From NCBI RefSeq assembly GCF_009914755.1, contig NC_060935.1: 64,000 nucleotides of DNA; one strand, given 5' to 3'. The notes beneath the pieces were generated by a model. That model had not been told where the DNA came from, ran no database searches, and saw only the letters and a program-made list of their open reading frames with translations. The translations under genes and the position numbers were made by a program. Below are positions 58,201 through 64,000 of the stretch, in pieces. The DNA comes from the human T2T-CHM13v2.0 reference genome, Homo sapiens. Positions within the stretch are counted from its first letter, which is position 1. Every line of letters starts with the position of its first letter.

Positions 58201-61200
58201 TTTTTATATGAAGATATTTCCTTTTTCACCATAGGCCTCAAAGTGCCCTCAAATACCCCTTTGCAGATTCTACAAAAATACTTTTTACAAGCTCCTCAAT
58301 CATAAGAAAATTTGAGCTCTGTGAGATGAATGCGCACATCACAAAGAAGTTTCTCAGAAATCTTCTGTTTAGTTTTAATTTGAAGATACCTCATTTTTCA
58401 CCATAGGCCTCAAATCGCTGAGATATATCCCATTTCAGATTGTACAAAACGACTGTTTCCAAACTGCTCAATAAAAAGAAAAGTTCAACTCTGTGATATG
58501 AATGCACTCATCACAAAGAAGTTACTCAGAAATCTTCCCTCTAGTTCCATGAGAAGATATTTCCTTTTTCACCATAGGACTCAAAGGGCTCCCAAATATC
58601 CCTTTGCAGATAGTGAAGATATTTTGTTTTTCACAGTAGCACTCAAGCCACTCAGAAATATCCCCTTGCAGATTCTACAAAAAGACTCTTTCCAAACTGC
58701 TCAATGAAGAGAATGTTTCAACTCTGTGAGATGAATGCACACATCACAAAGAAGTTACTGAGAAAGATTCTGTCTAGTTTTTATGTGAAAATATTTCCTT
58801 TTTCACCATAGGCCTCAAAATGCTCAGAAATATGCCTTTGCAGTTTTACAAAAAGACTGTTTTTTTTTGTAAAGGAAGTTTTTTGAGAAGGAAGTTTCTC
58901 AGGAACCTTCTGTCTAATATTTATGTGAAGGTATTTCCTTTTTCACCATAGGCCTCAAAGCACCCTCAAATATCCCTTTGCAGATGTTACAAAAAGACTG
59001 CTTCCAAACTGCTCAATCAAAGGAAATGTTCATCTATGTGAGATGAATGCACCCATCACAAAGAAGTTTCTCAGAAAGCTTCTGTCTAGTCTTTCTTTAT
59101 GTGAAGATATTTTCTTTTTCAGCATAGGCCTCAAAGCACCCACAAGTATCCCTTTGCAGATGCTACAGAAAGACGGTTTCCAAACTGCTCAATCAAAAGA
59201 AATGTTCAACTCTGTGAGGTGAATCCACCCATCACAAAGAAGTTTATCAGAAAGCTTCTGTCTAGTTTTTATATGAAAATATTACCTTTTTCACCATGGG
59301 CCTCAATCCGCTAAGAAATATCCCTTTGCAGATTCTATAAAAAGACTGTTTCCAAACTGCTGAATCAAAAGAAAGTTTTAACTCTATGAGATGAATGCCC
59401 ACATCACAAAGAAGCTTCTCAGAAAGATTCTGTCTACTTTTTATGTGAAGATAATTATTTTTTCATCATAGGCCTAAATCCGTACAGAAATATCCCTTTG
59501 CAGATTCTGTAAAAAGACTGTTTCCAAATTACCCAATCAAAAGAAAGGTTCAAACTCTCTGAGAATAATGCACACATATCAAAGAAGTTTCTCAGAAAGA
59601 TTCTGTCCACTTTTTAGGTGAAGAAATTTCTTTTTTCACTGTTTGAGTGAAACCACTCAGAAATATCTCTTTGCAGATCCTAGAAAAAGACTGTCTCCAC
59701 ACAGCTGAATCAAAAGAAAGGTTCACCACTGTGAGGTGAATGAACTCATCATTTCTGAGAAAGAAGTTTCTCAGAAACCTTCTGTCTAGTTTTTATGTGT
59801 AGATATTCCCTTTGTCACCATAGGCCTCAGAGATCTCCCAAATATCCCTTTGCAGATTCTACACAAAGACTGTTTCCTAATTACTCAATGAAAAGAAAGG
59901 TTCAACTCCGTGAGACGAATGCACACATCACAAAGAAGTTTCTCAGAAAGCTTCTGTCTAGTTTTTATGTGAAGATATTCCCTTTTTCTCCAATCAAAAG
60001 AATGGCTAACCTTTCTGATAAAAGTGTTTCCAAGCTGCTCAATCAAAAGAAAGTTTGAACTCTGTGAGATGAATTCGCTCATCACAAAGAAGTTTCTCAG
60101 AAATCTGTCTAGTTTTAATTTGAAAATATTTCCTTTTTCACTATAGGCCTCAAATCACTGAGATATATCTCTTTTCAGATTCTGAAAAAAGACGGTTTCC
60201 AAACTACTCAATCAAAAGAAAGGTTTAACTCTCTGAGATGAAAGCACACATCACACAGAAGTTCCTCGGAAGGTTTCTGTCTAGTTTTATGAGAAAATAT
60301 TTCCTTTTTCACCATAGGACTCGAAGGGCTCCAAATATCGCTTTGCAGATTGTGAAGATATTTTGTTTTTCACAGTTGCCCTCAAGCCACTCAGAAATAT
60401 CCCCTTGCAGTTTCTACAAAAAAAACTCTTTCCAAACTGCTCTATCAAAAAAATGTTATGACTGTGTGTGATGAATGCACACATCACAAAGAAGTTACTG
60501 AGAAAGATTCTTACTAGTTTTTATGTGAAGATATTTTCTTTTTCACCACAGGCCTCAAAGGGCTCACAAATATCCCTTTGCAGATTCTACCAAAAGAGTG
60601 TTTCCAAAATCCTCAATGAAAGGTAAGGTTCAATTCCGTTAGATGGATGCACACATCACAAAGAAGTTTCTCAGAACGTTTCTGTTTACTTTTTATGTGA
60701 AGATATTTCCTTTTTGACAACAGGACTCAAACTGCTCAGAAACATTCCTTTGCAGATTCTACCAAAAGGCTATTTCCAAACTGATCAAGAAAAGAAAGTT
60801 CAACTCTGTGAGATGAATGCACACATCACAAAGTAGTTTCTCAGAAAGGTTCTGTCTAGTTTTTATGTGAAGATATTTCCTTTTTCATCATATACCTCAA
60901 ATCTCTCAGAAATATCCATTTGCTGTTTGTACCAAAACTCTCTTTACAAACTGCTGAATCAAAAGAATCATTCAACTCTGTCTGTTGAATGCACACTTCA
61001 TAAGGAAGTTTATGAGAAAGCTTCTGTCTAGTTTTTATGTGAAGATATTTTCTTTTTCACCATAGACCTCAAAGGGCTTGAAAATATCCCTTAGCAGTTA
61101 CTACAAAAAGAATGTTTCCAAACTGTTCAATCAAAAAAAACGTTCAACTCTGTAAGATGAATGCACACATCATAAAGAAGTTTCTGAGGAAACTTCTGTC

Positions 61201-64000
61201 TAGTTTTCATATGAAGATATTTCATTTTTCACCAAAGGCCTCAAACTGCTCAGAAAGATCTCTTTGCAGATTCTACAAAAACACTGTTTCCAAACTGCTC
61301 AATCAAAAGAAAGGTTCAACTCTGTGAGATGAATACACACATCACAAAGAAGTTTGTCAGAAAGCTTCTGTCTAGTTTTTATGTAAAGATATTTCCTTTT
61401 TCACCATACACCTTGAAGGGCTCCCAAATATACCATTGCAGATGCTACAAATACTGTTTCGAATCTGCTCAATCAAAAGAAAGGTTCAATTTTGTGATAT
61501 GGATGCACACATCACTGAGAAGTTTCTCAGAAAGCTTCTGTCTGTTTTTTATGTGAAGATGTTTCCTTTTTCACCATAGTCCTCAAACCGCTCAGAAATA
61601 TTTCCTTTGCAGATTCTACCAAAAGACTTTAAAAACTGCTCAATCAAAAGAAAGTTCAACTCTGTGAGATGACTGCACGCATCACAAAGAAGTTTCTCAG
61701 AAAGTTTCTGTCTAGTGTTTATGTGTAGATATTTCCTTTTCCACCACAAGCCTCAAACTGCTCAGAAATATCCCTTTGAAGATTCTACAAAAAGACTTTT
61801 TCCAAACTTCTCAAAAAAAAAGACAGGTTCAACTCTGTGAGATGAATGCACGCATCACAGAGACATTTCTCAGAAAGCTTCTGTCTAGTTTTTATATGAA
61901 GATATTCCCTTTTTCACCTTAGGCCTCAAAAGGATCCCAAATATCCGTTTGCAGATTCTACAAAAAGACTGTTTCCAAACTGCTCAATCAAAAGAAAATT
62001 TCCGCTCTGTGAGATGAATGCACACATCAAAAAAAAGTTTCTCAGAAAATTTCTGTCTAGCTTTTATGTGAAGATAATTCCTTTTTCAAAATATGCCTCA
62101 AAGGGCTCTCAAATATCCCTTTGCAGATTCTACAAAAGACTTTTTCCAAACTGCTCAAGAAAAAGAAAGGTTCAACTCTGTGAGATGAATGCATACATCA
62201 CAAAGTCGTTTCTCAGATAGCTTCTGTCTAGTTTTTATGTGAAGATATTCCCTTTTTCACCTTTGGCCACAAAGGGATCCCAAATATTTATTTGCAGATT
62301 CTACAAAAAGACAGTCTCCAAACTGCTCAATCAAAAGAAAGTTTCAACTCTGTTAAATGAATAAACCCATCACAAAGAAGTTTCTCATAAAGCTTCTGTC
62401 TAGTTTTCATTTGAAGATATTTCCTTTTTCTCCATTGGCCTCAAATCGCTCAGAAATATCCCTTTGCAGATTCTACAAAAAACGGTTTCCAAACTGCTCA
62501 ACCAAAAGAATGGTACAGCTCTGGGAGATGAAAGCACACATCACAAAGAAGTTCCTCAAAAAACTTCTCTCTAGTTTTTATATGAAGATATTTCCTTTTT
62601 CAGCATAGGCCTGACAGCGCCCACAAATATCACTTTGCAGATTCTAGAAAAAGACTGTTTCCAAAGTGCTCAATCAAAAGATAGTTTCAGCTCTGTGAGA
62701 TGAATCCACACATCAATAAAAAGTTTATCAGAATATTTCTGTCTAGTTTTTATGTGAAGATAATTCCTTTCTCAAAATATGCATCGAAGGGCTCTGAAAT
62801 ATCCCTTTGCAGATTCTAGAAAAAAACCGTTTCCAAACTGCTCAATCAAAAGAAATGTTCAACTCTGTGAGATGAATGCACAGGTTACAAAGATGTTTCT
62901 GAGAAAGCTTCTGTCTAGTTTTTATGTGATGATATTTTCTTTTTCAGCATAGGCCTGAAAGCACCCACAAATATCACTTTGCAGATTCTAGAAAAAGACT
63001 GTTTCCAAACTGCTCAATCAAAAGATAGTTTCAGCTCTGTGAGATGAATCCACACATCAATAAAAAGTTTATCAGAAAATTTCTGTCTAGTTTTTATGTG
63101 AAGATAATTCCTTTTTCAAAATATGCCTTGAAAGGCTCCAAAATATACCTTTGCAGATTCTAGAAAAAAACTGTTTCCAAACTGCTCAATGAAAAGAAAT
63201 TTTCAACTCTGTGACATGAATGCACACATCACACAGAAGTTCCTGAGAAAGCTTCTGCCTAGTTTTTATGTGAAGATATTTCCTTTTTCACCATAGTCCT
63301 CGAAGGACTCCCAAATATCCCTTTCCGGATTCCTCAAAAAGAATGTTTCCAAACTGCTCAATCAAAGGAAGGTTCAAATCTGAGAGATGAATGCATATAT
63401 CACAAAGACGTTTCTCAGAAAACTTCTGTCTAGTTTTTGTGATGATACTTCCTTTTTCACCAAAGGCTTCAAAATGATTCCAAATATCCCTTTGCAGATT
63501 TTATAAAAAGACAGTTTCAAAACTTGTCAATCAAAAGAAAGGTTCATCTCTGTGACATGAATGCACACATCTCAAATAAGTTTCTCAGAGAGCTTCTGTC
63601 TAGTTTTTGTGTGAAGATATTTCCCTTTTCACCGTAGTCCTCGAAGGGCTCCCAAATATCCCTTTGCAGATTCTACTAAAAGAATCTGTCAAAACTGCTC
63701 AATGAAAAGAAAGGTAAAACTCTGTCAGGTGAGTACACACATCACAAAGAAGTTTCCCAAAAAGCTTCCTTCCAGTTTTTACATGAAGATATTTACTTTT
63801 TCATCTTAGGCCTCAAACCACTGAGAAATATACCTTTGCAGATTCCTCAAAAAGAATGTTACAAACTGCTCAATCAAAGGAAGGTTCAAATCAGAGAGAT
63901 GAATGCACATATCACAAATAAGTTTCTCAGAAATCTTCTGTCTTTTTTTTATGTGATGATATTTGCTTTTTCACCATAGGCCTCAAACGGATTCCAAATA
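55235..64000 (-). repeat. Monomeric alpha satellite, reverse orientation
   Basis: Divergent ~172-bp monomers with several tandem duplications and deletions. Confidence 0.98.

Overview
Primate (hominoid-type) pericentromeric DNA, not a prokaryotic locus, with no intact host gene. About 48 kb is divergent monomeric alpha satellite (~172-bp monomers, pJalpha/A-box type, no CENP-B box seen), consistent with an old inactive centromeric layer. It is interrupted by four retroelements: a 3'-truncated L1 (9429-12406,+), a full-length L1PA4-like L1 (14281-20431,+), an AluYd (33705-33990,-) and a near full-length early-L1PA3-like L1 (49100-55234,-) with a ~0.53-kb 3' transduction. I found no new protein-coding system; the interesting signal is structural. 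(1) The satellite switches strand across the TSD-less middle L1, whose flanks are inverted paralogs. (2) The third L1 carries a transduction tag that should identify its source element. (3) The L1s show mosaic variant sharing, including an identical ORF1 frameshift in two of them. (4) A 17-bp unit in the ZNF93-target segment of the 5'UTR is present in 2, 1 and 4 copies. (5) Three insertions use the same monomer position. (6) Fold-back (templated inverted insertion) scars recur at deletion junctions. (7) There are several fossil multimer duplications. Subfamily calls and consensus comparisons rely on recalled consensus sequences and by-eye alignment and need RepeatMasker/alignment confirmation.
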